Shown piece by piece: positions 1 through 9,396 of a DNA stretch of 64,000 nucleotides. The stretch covers positions 1,344,001 through 1,408,000 of the forward strand of contig OZ245838.1 of the NCBI GenBank assembly GCA_965228735.1, written 5' to 3'. The notes below the pieces were generated by a model. It did no database searches. It saw nothing but the letters and a program-made list of their open reading frames with translations, and was not told the origin of the DNA. The first letter of the stretch is position 1, and each line of letters begins with the position of its first letter. Made by a program: the position numbers and the translations under genes. This DNA comes from Planctomycetota bacterium. Its GTDB lineage: Bacteria > Planctomycetota > UBA1135 > UBA2386.

Positions 1-792
1 GAGCTCTGCGGAGTACAGGTGTCGTCCCAGCAGGTCTCCCGGGCCGCCGCGGCACTCGACGACGAGCTGCAGCAGTGGCGGATGCGCGAGCTCGGCCGGT
101 GCCGCTACCTGGTCCTCGATGCCCGCTACGAAAAGGTCCGGCACGCCGGCTCCGTCATGAGCGCCGCCGTCCTGATCGCGACGGGCGTCGATGATGCAGG
201 CCATCGCTCGGTCCTCGGCGTCAGCGTGTCGCGCTCGGAAGCCGAGGTCCACTGGCGCGACTTCCTCGACAGCCTGCGTGAACGTGGCCTGCACGGGCTC
301 GGACTCATCGTCAGTGACGACCACTCTGGCCTCCGCCAAGCTTTGGCGGCGAGCTTTCCCGGAGTCGCTTGGCAACGCTGCCAGTTCCACCTGCAACGCA
401 ACGCCGCTCCACGAGTGCCGACCGTCTCGTTGCGCCCGTCGATCGCTCGTGGACTTCGTGCGGTCTTCAACGCTCCAGACCGACCTGAGGCCGAACGGCT
501 TCTTGATAGGCTTCTGGAGGATCACGCGGAAACCGCTCCCGACTTTGTCCGGTGGGCTCGCGACAACGTCCCCGACGGCTTCGCTGTCTTCGCGATCCCG
601 GCGACGCACCGTCGCTGCCTTCGCACGACCAACATGCTCGAGCGCCTCAACAAGGAGCTCCTGCGCCGCACCCGCGTTGCGACGCTCTTCCCCAACGACG
701 CCTCTCTTCTCCGGCTCGCCACCGCGGTCCTCATGGAGATCAGCGAGGACTGGGTGACTGGCCGTCGCTATCTCTCCATGGACGCTGAGTGA
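1..792 (+). CDS. IS256 (Mutator-like) DDE transposase, 5'-partial
   Basis: Frame open from base 1 (ELCG..VSSQQVSR); motifs YLVLDARYEKVR, IVSDDHSGL, WQRCQFHLQRN, RTTNMLERLNKELLRRTRV. Confidence 0.95.
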   Translation, partial: ELCGVQVSSQQVSRAAAALDDELQQWRMRELGRCRYLVLDARYEKVRHAGSVMSAAVLIATGVDDAGHRSVLGVSVSRSEAEVHWRDFLDSLRERGLHGLGLIVSDDHSGLRQALAASFPGVAWQRCQFHLQRNAAPRVPTVSLRPSIARGLRAVFNAPDRPEAERLLDRLLEDHAETAPDFVRWARDNVPDGFAVFAIPATHRRCLRTTNMLERLNKELLRRTRVATLFPNDASLLRLATAVLMEISEDWVTGRRYLSMDAE

Positions 793-843
793 AATGATTC
801 GCCGACTATGGGCTCGCTCTTACAGAACGAATGTTGCTTTGCC
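1..843 (+). mobile_element. IS256-family insertion sequence, right part (left end outside window)
   Basis: Transposase ORF followed by an IS256-like end TTACAGAACGAATGTTGCTTTGCC (~820-843), after which unrelated coding sequence starts mid-domain. Confidence 0.85.
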
Positions 844-2262
844 GTGCCGACTCCGGGGAACCCATTCGGCACATGGTATCAGATGGCGGATATGGAGGCG
901 GTGCGCTGGTATCCGACGGTGCGCCACGACACGACGACGGCCCATCGCGCGATCATCATCGGCGGGACGAACTACAGCGGTCCGACCAACGATCGGATGG
1001 AGGCGGTCAACAGCTACGAGGTGGCGCGGCCGGTCTTCAACTCGCAGCCCATTCCCTCACTCCGGCCGGTGCCGCAGGACTTCGACCGCAAGCCGAACCC
1101 CACGTCGCCGACGTGGCCGACCTGGACGAACTGGCTATCGGCGTTTCCAGCCGCGTCAGACCGGCTCTACTGGGGGCCGGAGGTGCCGTTTCCTGCGCCC
1201 GTCCCCGCATTCAGCGACTACCCGCGCCTCCACGCGCTCGGATTCCTCGATCCGATCACAGGGGGCACAGCGCCGCGGCTGTTCGTCTCCGGCTTCGCGA
1301 GCTGGGGGATGCGCTGGGCGCATGATCAGGCGACTGATCCGGCCTTCGGCAACAACCTGCTAACCGGGCAGGGCTACGACCTGGGTCAATACCCGGCCTT
1401 CGGCGACTTCGCGGTTCTATACCCGACCTCGCTGCTGCTGCCGGGCACGATCGGCGGCATCAGCACCCAGGTCGCACGGATCGGCGGCTACCGACTCAGT
1501 GTCAGCAACCAGGCGAGCGACCTCGTCGAGACCGCCAGCGTCAACAGCGGTCCGTCGTCGTGGCAGTCGGGAGCCGGTGGCTCGATCCCTCCGATGGCCA
1601 GCCGGCGCCATCTGGCGAACGTGGTCATGCTGCCCACGGGAGACCTGTTCGCGATCGGCGGTGAGAACGCGCCGGGTAGCTTCAACCTGATACCTGAACT
1701 CCTCACGGGAGGCACTTGGGCACCAATGGCGGCGCACGTCGGCGCCCGGGACTACCATTCGACGGCGATCCTCTTGCCCGATGCCAGGGTGTTCGTCTGC
1801 GGTGGTGAGGCGCGGAAGCAGGCGCCATCGGTCGGCACGGACTACATCATCTGGGAGCCGCCCTACTTCCATCTCGACTACGGCAGCCTACCGCCGACGG
1901 GGATCACGGTCCGCGACGCGACAACCGGCGCAATCGTGCTACAGGATGCCCTCGGCCCCCCGTCGGGCATGCAATACGGACGGACCTACTGGGCGAACTG
2001 GACGAATACTCTCGAGGACGGTATCACCGTGAACAGCGTCGTTCTGATGCGGCCACCAGCCCTGACCCACCACGACGACGGCGGCCAACGGCTGGTGCGG
2101 CTCGTAGCTTGGGACGACAGCGATCAGACCCAGGGACCGCCGACGAGCATCAAGTTCCTGAGCCCAGCCTCCACGCGTCACGCCGCGCCGGGCTGGTGGA
2201 TGCTCTTCCTCGTCAACAGCGGCGGACGTCCTTCGCAGGCCTACTGGGTCCACCTGTCGTAG
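844..2262 (+). pseudogene. Galactose/glyoxal oxidase-like (AA5) copper radical oxidase, Kelch propeller plus DUF1929-like C-domain, N-terminally truncated by IS256
   Basis: RWYPT, RDYHSTAILLPDARV and ALTHH ligand motifs; PGWWMLFLV tail. ORF 808-2262 borrows its ATG from inside the IS end; no signal peptide or first blades. Confidence 0.8.
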
Positions 2263-2265
2263 CTC

Positions 2266-3945
2266 ATGATTCGCTACTGCACACGTCTGGCGTTGGTCGG
2301 CCTCTTCGGATTCCCCATCGCAGCGCAGGATCTGCTGTGGCGCGTCGAAGGGGTCAGTGGCCTGATTGCGCGCGGCGGTGACTTCCACAGGCTCGGCGAT
2401 TTCGACGGGGACGGGTGGGACGATCTTCTGGAACGCGGTGCGGCATGGAACGGCCAGTCGGCGTTCATGACGATCTGGTTCGTGTCGGGTCGGGACGGCA
2501 GTATCCTGTCCGTCGGGACACCCCTGCCCCACCAGTATTGGACGTTCAGCAACATCGCACCGCTCGGCGACATGACCGGCGACGGCGTTCCTGACTACGG
2601 CGGGCACGCCTACGACGCGTTCATCCCGTGGGCCACGCAGACCCTCGCGGTCGTCAATGGCGCCTCCCATTCGATCCACTGGAGCGCGACAATCCCCAAC
2701 GCCTGGGGCACGGATTTCGGCAAGGTCTTGTGCGGCGACCTCGACACCGACAACGATGGTCTCAACGATGTCGTGACCTCGGCGTTCAGTCTGTCGCCGG
2801 GCGGAACGATTATCGTCTACGACAACTCCGGCGCGGAGCGCTACCGCATCATCGATCCGATCCCGAACGTGCAGGTCGGCCTCGACGTCGCGTCGCTGCA
2901 GGGTGACCTCGACGGCGACGGCTGCGACGACTTCGTCAGCACTGGCATCGAGCCGGGCAACCGCGGCGCGGTCGTCGTGTTCTCGGGCCTTACCGGCGCG
3001 GTGCTGCGCTACTCCGTCGGCGAGCAGCCGGGCGACAAACTCGTCAACGCCGGCGCCTGCGGCGACATCGATCGCGACGGCGCACTCGATTACTGCGGCG
3101 GCGGCTCGTTCGGCGCGGGAGTCGTGACCGCGTTCTCGGGCGCCACGGGTCAGATCATCCACTCGTGGCGCGATCCCAACAATAACGGCATGGGGGTCAA
3201 CGTCACCGGCGGCATGGACCTTGACCAGGATGGCGTGCCCGATCTGGTGACGGGACAGGAGTCCACTTCACCAGCGCCGAACGACCGTATCGTCAGCGCG
3301 CTGTCGGGGCGCGACGGCACGTTCCTGGCGCGGTGGTATCGATCCGCCAACGCGTTCACCTGCATGGCCGAGTCCGTGGCGATCCTCGGGCCGGGGCCGG
3401 GCCACCAATACCCATCGATCGTCTACGCCGAGCGCTGCTGGGGTGGGATCGGCAATCCCTGCCCCAGCAACGGCCTGTGCCCCGGCGTGGTCTGGTGCTA
3501 TCGCGGCAGCCCGGCTGGAGTGCGCGCCTACGGGTTGCCCGACGCCAGTTCCGGGCAACCGTTGGTGCGTAGCGGGATGCGCAGCCCGACTCCCGCCGCG
3601 ATCCCAACCGTGAGGTTCACGATGTCCGAAGCACCGCCCGGTGCCGTGGCGGTGCTCATGCTCGGCGCCTCGAACGCGGCCTACCAGGGCATCGCGTTGC
3701 CGCTGCCGCTCGACCCGTTCGGCTTCGGCGGCATCACGCTCTGGACTTCGGCCGACATCACGTTGCTCACGGTTGCCGGCACCAGTGGCGTAGATGCTGG
3801 ATACGCCGAACTCAACGTGTCCCTGCCGCCGGGCCGAATCATCGACTACTCGGGAACGCCGTTCTATGCGCAGTGGCTCTGGTTCGACCCGACCAACTTC
3901 GGCAACCATGGGTCGACGGCGGGCCAGCGCTTTCGGCTGCAGTAG
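2266..3945 (+). CDS. Secreted FG-GAP (integrin-alpha-like) repeat protein with shared C-terminal domain
   Basis: Signal peptide ending PIAA-Q; repeated GDFDGDGWDD / GDMTGDGVPD / DLDQDGVPD Ca-binding motifs; FYAQWLWFDP tail. Confidence 0.85.
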   Translation: MIRYCTRLALVGLFGFPIAAQDLLWRVEGVSGLIARGGDFHRLGDFDGDGWDDLLERGAAWNGQSAFMTIWFVSGRDGSILSVGTPLPHQYWTFSNIAPLGDMTGDGVPDYGGHAYDAFIPWATQTLAVVNGASHSIHWSATIPNAWGTDFGKVLCGDLDTDNDGLNDVVTSAFSLSPGGTIIVYDNSGAERYRIIDPIPNVQVGLDVASLQGDLDGDGCDDFVSTGIEPGNRGAVVVFSGLTGAVLRYSVGEQPGDKLVNAGACGDIDRDGALDYCGGGSFGAGVVTAFSGATGQIIHSWRDPNNNGMGVNVTGGMDLDQDGVPDLVTGQESTSPAPNDRIVSALSGRDGTFLARWYRSANAFTCMAESVAILGPGPGHQYPSIVYAERCWGGIGNPCPSNGLCPGVVWCYRGSPAGVRAYGLPDASSGQPLVRSGMRSPTPAAIPTVRFTMSEAPPGAVAVLMLGASNAAYQGIALPLPLDPFGFGGITLWTSADITLLTVAGTSGVDAGYAELNVSLPPGRIIDYSGTPFYAQWLWFDPTNFGNHGSTAGQRFRLQ

Positions 3946-4022
3946 CCGCAAGAGTCGCTTGCCCGGGCCTGATCTCCTGAACTCTCCGCCCGTGGGCTCA
4001 CCTATCCGCGGGCTCCGCTGAG

Positions 4023-4796
4023 CTAGACACGTCGCCTCGGGTGTCGCCGCCACCGCTGCAGCCGAAGATCGATCGGCCGAATGAACCGGCGGCGGAACTC
4101 GCGCCGCGACCGGATCGTGTTGCCAACCATCGTCGTGCCGGCCAGGGAGTTGGCAGCCTCCAGATACTGCTCCGCGATCGCCATCTCGCCGAACTCGCGC
4201 GCGCTCCGGAATCGACGAGCGAACTCGGGGTCCTTCGCGATCCAGTTGTAGATCGTGCGGGTGCTCGGCGTGCCCGGCAGCCGACAGTAGTCGCGCAGGT
4301 AGTTGCCTTCGCTGACCCAGTCGAGAACCTGTTCGGCCATGTCCTTCGGGACGGGCTTGAGGCGGCGCCGAGGGCGTCGGCCGCCCTCAGGCGGCATCAG
4401 GCCAGCACGGCGGAGATCGGCCAGCGTGGGCGATCGTCGCGGCTTCTCACGGCGAGCGCGCGCCGGGCGGGCCCTCGCCGCCGCGATCGCGTCCCTGGCT
4501 GCCGCGACCGCGGACGATCCCGGGTAGAGCAGGCGCCAGACCTCGCGCGGGCGACCACCGCGTGGTCCGCTCGGCATGACCGTGCGGGAGATCAGGCCCG
4601 TCGCCTGCAACTCGGCGAGGGCGGCGCGCAGGTCCGCACCTGCAACAACGCGGCCCGTCGCTGCATGGAGTTCGCGCATCGACCTCGACGCCTGGTGCAG
4701 CGCCAGCAGCACGCGGTGGCCGAGGAGCGATCGTTTCCCCATGCCGTGCGGGCGCGGCACGTCGACACCCATCGCCACGAGCCAGGACTGCACCAT
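4023..4796 (-). CDS. Winged-HTH plus terminase-small-subunit-like (Sf6 gp1-type HTH) protein; start uncertain (4796, 4772 or 4742)
   Basis: C-half EQVLDWVSEGNYLRDYCRLPGTPSTRTIYNWIAKDPEFARRFRSARE fits the TerS HTH pattern; N-half wHTH ending GGRPREVW. Confidence 0.65.
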   Translation of the reverse strand: MVQSWLVAMGVDVPRPHGMGKRSLLGHRVLLALHQASRSMRELHAATGRVVAGADLRAALAELQATGLISRTVMPSGPRGGRPREVWRLLYPGSSAVAAARDAIAAARARPARARREKPRRSPTLADLRRAGLMPPEGGRRPRRRLKPVPKDMAEQVLDWVSEGNYLRDYCRLPGTPSTRTIYNWIAKDPEFARRFRSAREFGEMAIAEQYLEAANSLAGTTMVGNTIRSRREFRRRFIRPIDLRLQRWRRHPRRRV

Positions 4797-4902
4797 CGCC
4801 GGATTGTAGTTGCGGATGTCGTGTAGTTTGTTCGATCCGCAGCGATCGAGCCAAAGCTGCGCACTTCGTGTGCGCGCGCGAGAGCGCCGACCACCGACCG
4901 CG

Positions 4903-7281
4903 TCAGGCCGACCGCTTCTTCCGACCGCGCTTCGACCGCGACCGCCCCCGCCGGCCGCCCGGCTTCTCGGGCATGCCGTCGTCCTCGGAAGCCGTCTCAT
5001 CCGTCCGTTCCGTCTGATCCGTCTCGGACGCATCGGACGAACTGGAGGCGGACGGAGAATCCGTCCGCCGTCCAGAGGGGGGATCGGGGGGACTCTGCTC
5101 CCCCTCCTTCGGCTTCTTCGCGGGACGGGCGGCGCGCTCGGCTTCGAGTTCCTGGCGGACGCGCTCGGCGTCCTCGGCCAGCACGAGGACAGGGCGCTTG
5201 CTGCGCCCGACATCGAGGATCACCTTGCGGGACAGCGCGATGTCCAGGAAGGCGCGACCCTGCTGCATGTTGAGGCCGGCGGACAGGACGATCGCGTCGC
5301 GGGAGCTGAACCGCCCCTCCCGGTGGAGAGCCTCGACGAGGCGCTGGACGCCGGCGTTCTCGCGCTCGCGCTGCTTCTCGTCGGGGGTCTTGTCCGACGC
5401 CACGCCGACCTTGCTGGCGGCGGCGGGGACCAGGATGCACGAGGACTCGGGTTCGCCGTCCTCGTCTTCGCGACCCGTCGGGGCAACGACCCGCTGGAAT
5501 CGGATGGGCTCGGCGATGCCGCCGTCCTTCTGCTTCAGGGTGATCAGCTCGAACACGTGCCGGTCGTCCCACGCCGTCTGTACGCCGAGCACCGTGTCGA
5601 TGTTGCGCGTGATCGCGCCGCTGCCGCGCACCTGGTTCAGGGTGATCGGGAACCACTTCTCGTTGCCGTTGCGGTCGAAGGCCTGCTTCTGATCGCGCTT
5701 GACCGTGTGGTGGATGATCAGGACCGAGCAGCCGAACTCGTCGCGCAGGCGGGCCAGCGCGCGCAGGACCGGCGCGGTGACCGCGGCGTCGTTCTCGTCG
5801 CCTTCGAGCGCCTGGGACAGCGTGTCGACGACCACGAGGCCGGGGGCGTGGCCCTTCTCCTCGACGACCGCGGCGATCAACTCCCGCATGAGCTTGACCG
5901 AACGCGGGCTGAGTTCGGGGATGCGGTTGCTGATCAGGCAGAACCGGTCCTCGGCGTCCGCCTCGGTGACGTTGTGCTGGTCGCGCCAGAGCCGGAGACG
6001 AGCAGCGAGCCCCTGCTGCCCCTCGCCGCACAGGTAGACCACCGAGCACGGCTTGAGCTTGCGCTCGAAGAACGGCTTGCCGTGGACCAGCCGCATGGCC
6101 AGGTCGATCGCCACAAACGACTTGCCCATCATGGTGTCGCCGGCGAGCAGGATCATGCTGCGCTCCGGCAGCAGGCGGCGAACCTGCCATCGGACCATCG
6201 GCAGCTCTGCCACGTCGGTCCAGTCCTGCAGGCGGATCGCGTCGGGGTTGGGGGTGGTCTTCGCGGGGTCGTCGTCCGCAGCCTCGTCGTGCTGGGACGG
6301 CCCCGCGTCGTCGCCGGGGTCGGGGCCGAACTTGATGTCCGGGTCCGTGCCCTGCGGTTCCCACTTCCAGCCCCGGTCGGTCGCGAACCTGAAGAGCGTC
6401 GCCGCGGTCACGGTCGCGCGCGTGGACCGTCCGAACACGCGCTGCGCGACCGACGCAGCGGACGCGTAGATGCGGTAGGCCTCGCCCTCGCGGTGCTGGC
6501 CTGCGCCACTCCGCAGCTCGTAGGCCTCGGCCTGCGCGGACCACTCCTCGACCAGGTCTGCACCGCGCTCGTCGCCCTGCAGGGCGTCGTGGGCCGCGAA
6601 AATGCACTTGAGCCAGTCGGTCCGCCCAACCGTCGCCTCGATGGCGAACAGCGCGCTACGGACCTCCTCGAACCGCTCGTCGGTCGCCGCACCGGCCGCC
6701 GACATCTTGCCGTAGGCCCTGGGCTCGCCCTGCTCGCGCGCCGGCCCGACCGTCACGTCGAGCCACTCGGTGAGCCACTGCGGTGCGGCGCCGGCGGAGT
6801 CCTCGAAGGGGTCGTCCTCGGTCCACTCGCGACCCGGCCGATCGTCCGGCAGGATCACGTAGCCGCCGAAGCCGCGCACGTCGATGCCTAGCCGCTTCAG
6901 GTTGGCCATGCCGTAGCGGCGGCCCGCCGGCATCTCGTAGACGAGGTGCTGCCCACCGCTCGGCGTCGTCGCGACCAGCGAGGTGCCGATCGGATCCGGA
7001 CCGGCGATCTGGCCCAAGGCCTCGCGACCGTCACCGCCGCCGTTCTTCGGCACGTCGAGGTCGATGACGACGTGCTGCGAGAGCCCGGGCACCCAGCCGA
7101 TCTCGGCGTCCGGCCAGGCGCTCCACCACTCGGTGATCTGGGCGTGGTCGGTCGTCGCGGCAGGAAAGCCGTTGCTGGTCAGCGGTCGCTTGTCGCGGCA
7201 CGGGAACACGTGCCAGCCGAGCGCCGCGTAGGCCAGAGCGTGGTCCATCGGCGAGCGGGACTCGTCGGCCGGAATGGTCAC
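4903..7281 (-). CDS. Bifunctional primase/polymerase (Prim-Pol) + PriCT-like + AAA_25/RepA helicase
   Basis: ALAYAALGWHVFPC..KRP, VVIDLD, TPSGGQHL, IDVRGFGGYVILP; Walker A GDTMMGKS, YLCGEG, VVVDTL, IIHHT, RGSGA. GTG start overlaps the upstream stop (GTGA), GGAGG RBS. Confidence 0.92.
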   Translation of the reverse strand: MTIPADESRSPMDHALAYAALGWHVFPCRDKRPLTSNGFPAATTDHAQITEWWSAWPDAEIGWVPGLSQHVVIDLDVPKNGGGDGREALGQIAGPDPIGTSLVATTPSGGQHLVYEMPAGRRYGMANLKRLGIDVRGFGGYVILPDDRPGREWTEDDPFEDSAGAAPQWLTEWLDVTVGPAREQGEPRAYGKMSAAGAATDERFEEVRSALFAIEATVGRTDWLKCIFAAHDALQGDERGADLVEEWSAQAEAYELRSGAGQHREGEAYRIYASAASVAQRVFGRSTRATVTAATLFRFATDRGWKWEPQGTDPDIKFGPDPGDDAGPSQHDEAADDDPAKTTPNPDAIRLQDWTDVAELPMVRWQVRRLLPERSMILLAGDTMMGKSFVAIDLAMRLVHGKPFFERKLKPCSVVYLCGEGQQGLAARLRLWRDQHNVTEADAEDRFCLISNRIPELSPRSVKLMRELIAAVVEEKGHAPGLVVVDTLSQALEGDENDAAVTAPVLRALARLRDEFGCSVLIIHHTVKRDQKQAFDRNGNEKWFPITLNQVRGSGAITRNIDTVLGVQTAWDDRHVFELITLKQKDGGIAEPIRFQRVVAPTGREDEDGEPESSCILVPAAASKVGVASDKTPDEKQRERENAGVQRLVEALHREGRFSSRDAIVLSAGLNMQQGRAFLDIALSRKVILDVGRSKRPVLVLAEDAERVRQELEAERAARPAKKPKEGEQSPPDPPSGRRTDSPSASSSSDASETDQTERTDETASEDDGMPEKPGGRRGRSRSKRGRKKRSA
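4992..5073. repeat. CCGTC/GACGG iteron-like cluster with a perfect 10-bp hairpin
   Basis: CCGTC at 4992, 5001, 5010, 5019 (9-bp period); GGACG at 5026, 5035, 5050; GGCGGACGGA-GAA-TCCGTCCGCC at 5047-5069. Confidence 0.6.
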
Positions 7282-7529
7282 GGCGCCTCCCCCGCCAGTG
7301 CCGTAAGCGCGGCCAGCAGTCGCTGGAGTTCCTCGACGGTCGTGCACCACCCCCGCCCGCCACCGCGGAAGCGGCGCAGGCGAACCCCGCTCACGCCGGC
7401 CGTGGTCCAGCGGTAGACGGTGGCGACCGAGACCAGGCGGCCGTCGCCGCGTTGCGGCAGGTGTTGCGGCGCGAGCGCCAGCGGGACGGCCTGCTCGCCA
7501 GCCCACCAGCAGTTCGTAATCTTGCTCAT
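7278..7529 (-). CDS. DUF1580-like small HTH (excisionase/AlpA-like) protein
   Basis: LPQRGDGRLVSVATVYRWTTAGVSGVRLRRFRGGGRGWCTTVEELQRLL; coupled to the primase. Confidence 0.75.
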   Translation of the reverse strand: MSKITNCWWAGEQAVPLALAPQHLPQRGDGRLVSVATVYRWTTAGVSGVRLRRFRGGGRGWCTTVEELQRLLAALTALAGEAP

Positions 7530-7681
7530 CGGATGCTGTCCTGCCTGCCGGGGCACATCCCCGTGCAGGTGGACTCATCCTTGGGCAGCGAGCGGCGACG
7601 AGCGGCGGCCGTTCGTGCGCCGCTCGTTGGCAGATGGACGTGGCGCAGCCGCATCAGGCAGAGTTCAATCGCACCCAGGAA

Positions 7682-7846
7682 ATGGCAGTCTCGAACTACG
7701 ATCGCCTTCCAAGAGTCGTAGCCCTCTTGGCCCTGTCCCTCCCCCTCGCCGCGCAGACCAGCGGAGGCGTCATCGGCTCAGGCTGCGTGCTCGCCCCATC
7801 CGCTCGCCCGGGACGCCGGGCGGTGTCACGAACGCCTCGACGTTGA
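7682..7846 (+). pseudogene. 5' fragment of a secreted protein (signal peptide + GSGC), truncated
   Basis: MAVSNYDRLPRVVALLALSLPLAA-Q-TSGGVIGSGC, then runs into an opposite-strand fragment. Confidence 0.45.
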
Positions 7847-9110
7847 ACACGACCGTGCCGGCCGGCAACGGCGTGCCGAGTACGAGCGCGCCGAGCGCGC
7901 CGACAGGTGCATCGTGCGTCGCGACCGCGAACTCGGGGTTGGGCGCGATCGGCGCGCTGTTCGGCTGCAGGAACGTCGGCGGGCCGCAGGGGCTCGTGGC
8001 CTGGCCGAAGCGCGCCATCGTGGCCGGCAGCGTGCGGTGCACGGCGATCCAACCTTCGCGATTGCCGGCGAACGTCGGATCGAACGCGTTGCCGGTGATC
8101 GGGAAGTCGGTCGACCTGGTCTGGCCCGCCACCCGCACGCCGCCCTGGCCATCGGGCTCGATGGTCGTGACGATCTGGGCCGTGCTGCCGCCGAACCACG
8201 TCGAGTACTGCACCGTGGTCGCGGTCGATCCGGGCTGCAACCGCAGCAGGAACGCCGCCGCGAGGTTCTGGGCGGCCAGCCGCTGCGGCTGGGGAGCACC
8301 GGCGGTGATCGGCCAGTTCGGCGAGAACGAGTGCCCCGCCAGCACGTAGGAGCCGCTCGACTCCCGGTAGGCCGAGAGCACGTAGTCATTGTCCGTGCCG
8401 TCCACGCCGGTCGCGTAGAGGATCTGGTCCTGCACCGTGTCGAGGTGCACGACCAGCCCGCCGTTGCCGCCCGCGCCGAACGGCAGGGCGTTCGCGGTGA
8501 ACGGGAAGTCCGTCGAAGCGGTGTTGCTCACGATCACGATCCGGTCGGCGCCGTCGCCGCGCAGCTCATGGCAGAGCTCGTCCTGCGAGCCGCCGAGAAC
8601 CGCGGAGTACGTCAGGCCGGCGCCGGCCAGATCGAAGCGGCTGACTGCCAGATCGCGTGCTCCGCGCGGGCCATGGACGCGCGCGTTGGGGTTGGGGTAG
8701 TCGGCCGATGCCGTGTGGCACGCGACGGTGATCGTGCCGGCGGCGTTGCTGATCACCTGCACGTTGCGCGGGCCGAGCGCGCCGCCGGACCAGAAGAAAT
8801 CGGGCCCCTCGTCGGCGGAGCCGCCGAGATTCTCCGCCCGCAGCGCGATCGCGAGGTTCGGCTCCATGCAGCGGAGCCGAGCAACGCCTGCCAGCGTTTG
8901 GTGGAGAGCTCGCAGCTCCTTGGCGAAGTGCGCGAGTTCACCGAGATGAAGGATCGGACCCGTCGCGTGCACCTCGGCGCCCGAGACTCGAACCCGCGCC
9001 TCCACGACGAGCCAGTTGCCGTCCCAGTGGTCCTGAGCCTCATCACACTGGCGGGAGTGCACCCACACCCCGAGGGGCCCAACTTCGATGTCGGCTGACC
9101 GCTCGTCCAT
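7770..9110 (-). pseudogene. Chimeric ORF: WapI-like immunity protein N-part fused to SBBP-type propeller blades and a truncated shared C-terminal domain
   Basis: DHWDGNWLVVEARV..GPILHLGELAHF..MEPNL then YSAVLGGSQDE, SNTASTDFP, YSTWFGGS, AGQTRSTDFP; no signal peptide. Confidence 0.6.
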
Positions 9111-9396
9111 GACCGACGAGCAGAGCGACGGACTCCTCCGTCGGCAACCGAAGTTGCTGGCCGCAGCACGCCGAGGTCACTCGTCGATACTCCACAACAC
9201 TCCGCGTCAACGGAATCCCGGACCCGATCGGGCCCGAGTAGGCCATTCAGGCCGTTGTTGGCACTCCCGGCCCTGTCGCCCAGCTATGCTCCCGCACCGA
9301 CCCGCTTCGGCTCTGCCGTTGCAGGCCGTGCCATTGAGACGTAGCTCGCTGTCGAGCAGCGCGCTTTGCGCGGAATCGATGCCTGGAGGTCGCGAC

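Noticed and set aside
9088..9396. N-terminal extension of the kinase, or a hidden ECF sigma factor upstream
   Set aside because: RBS and domain start support 9397; no sigma motifs seen
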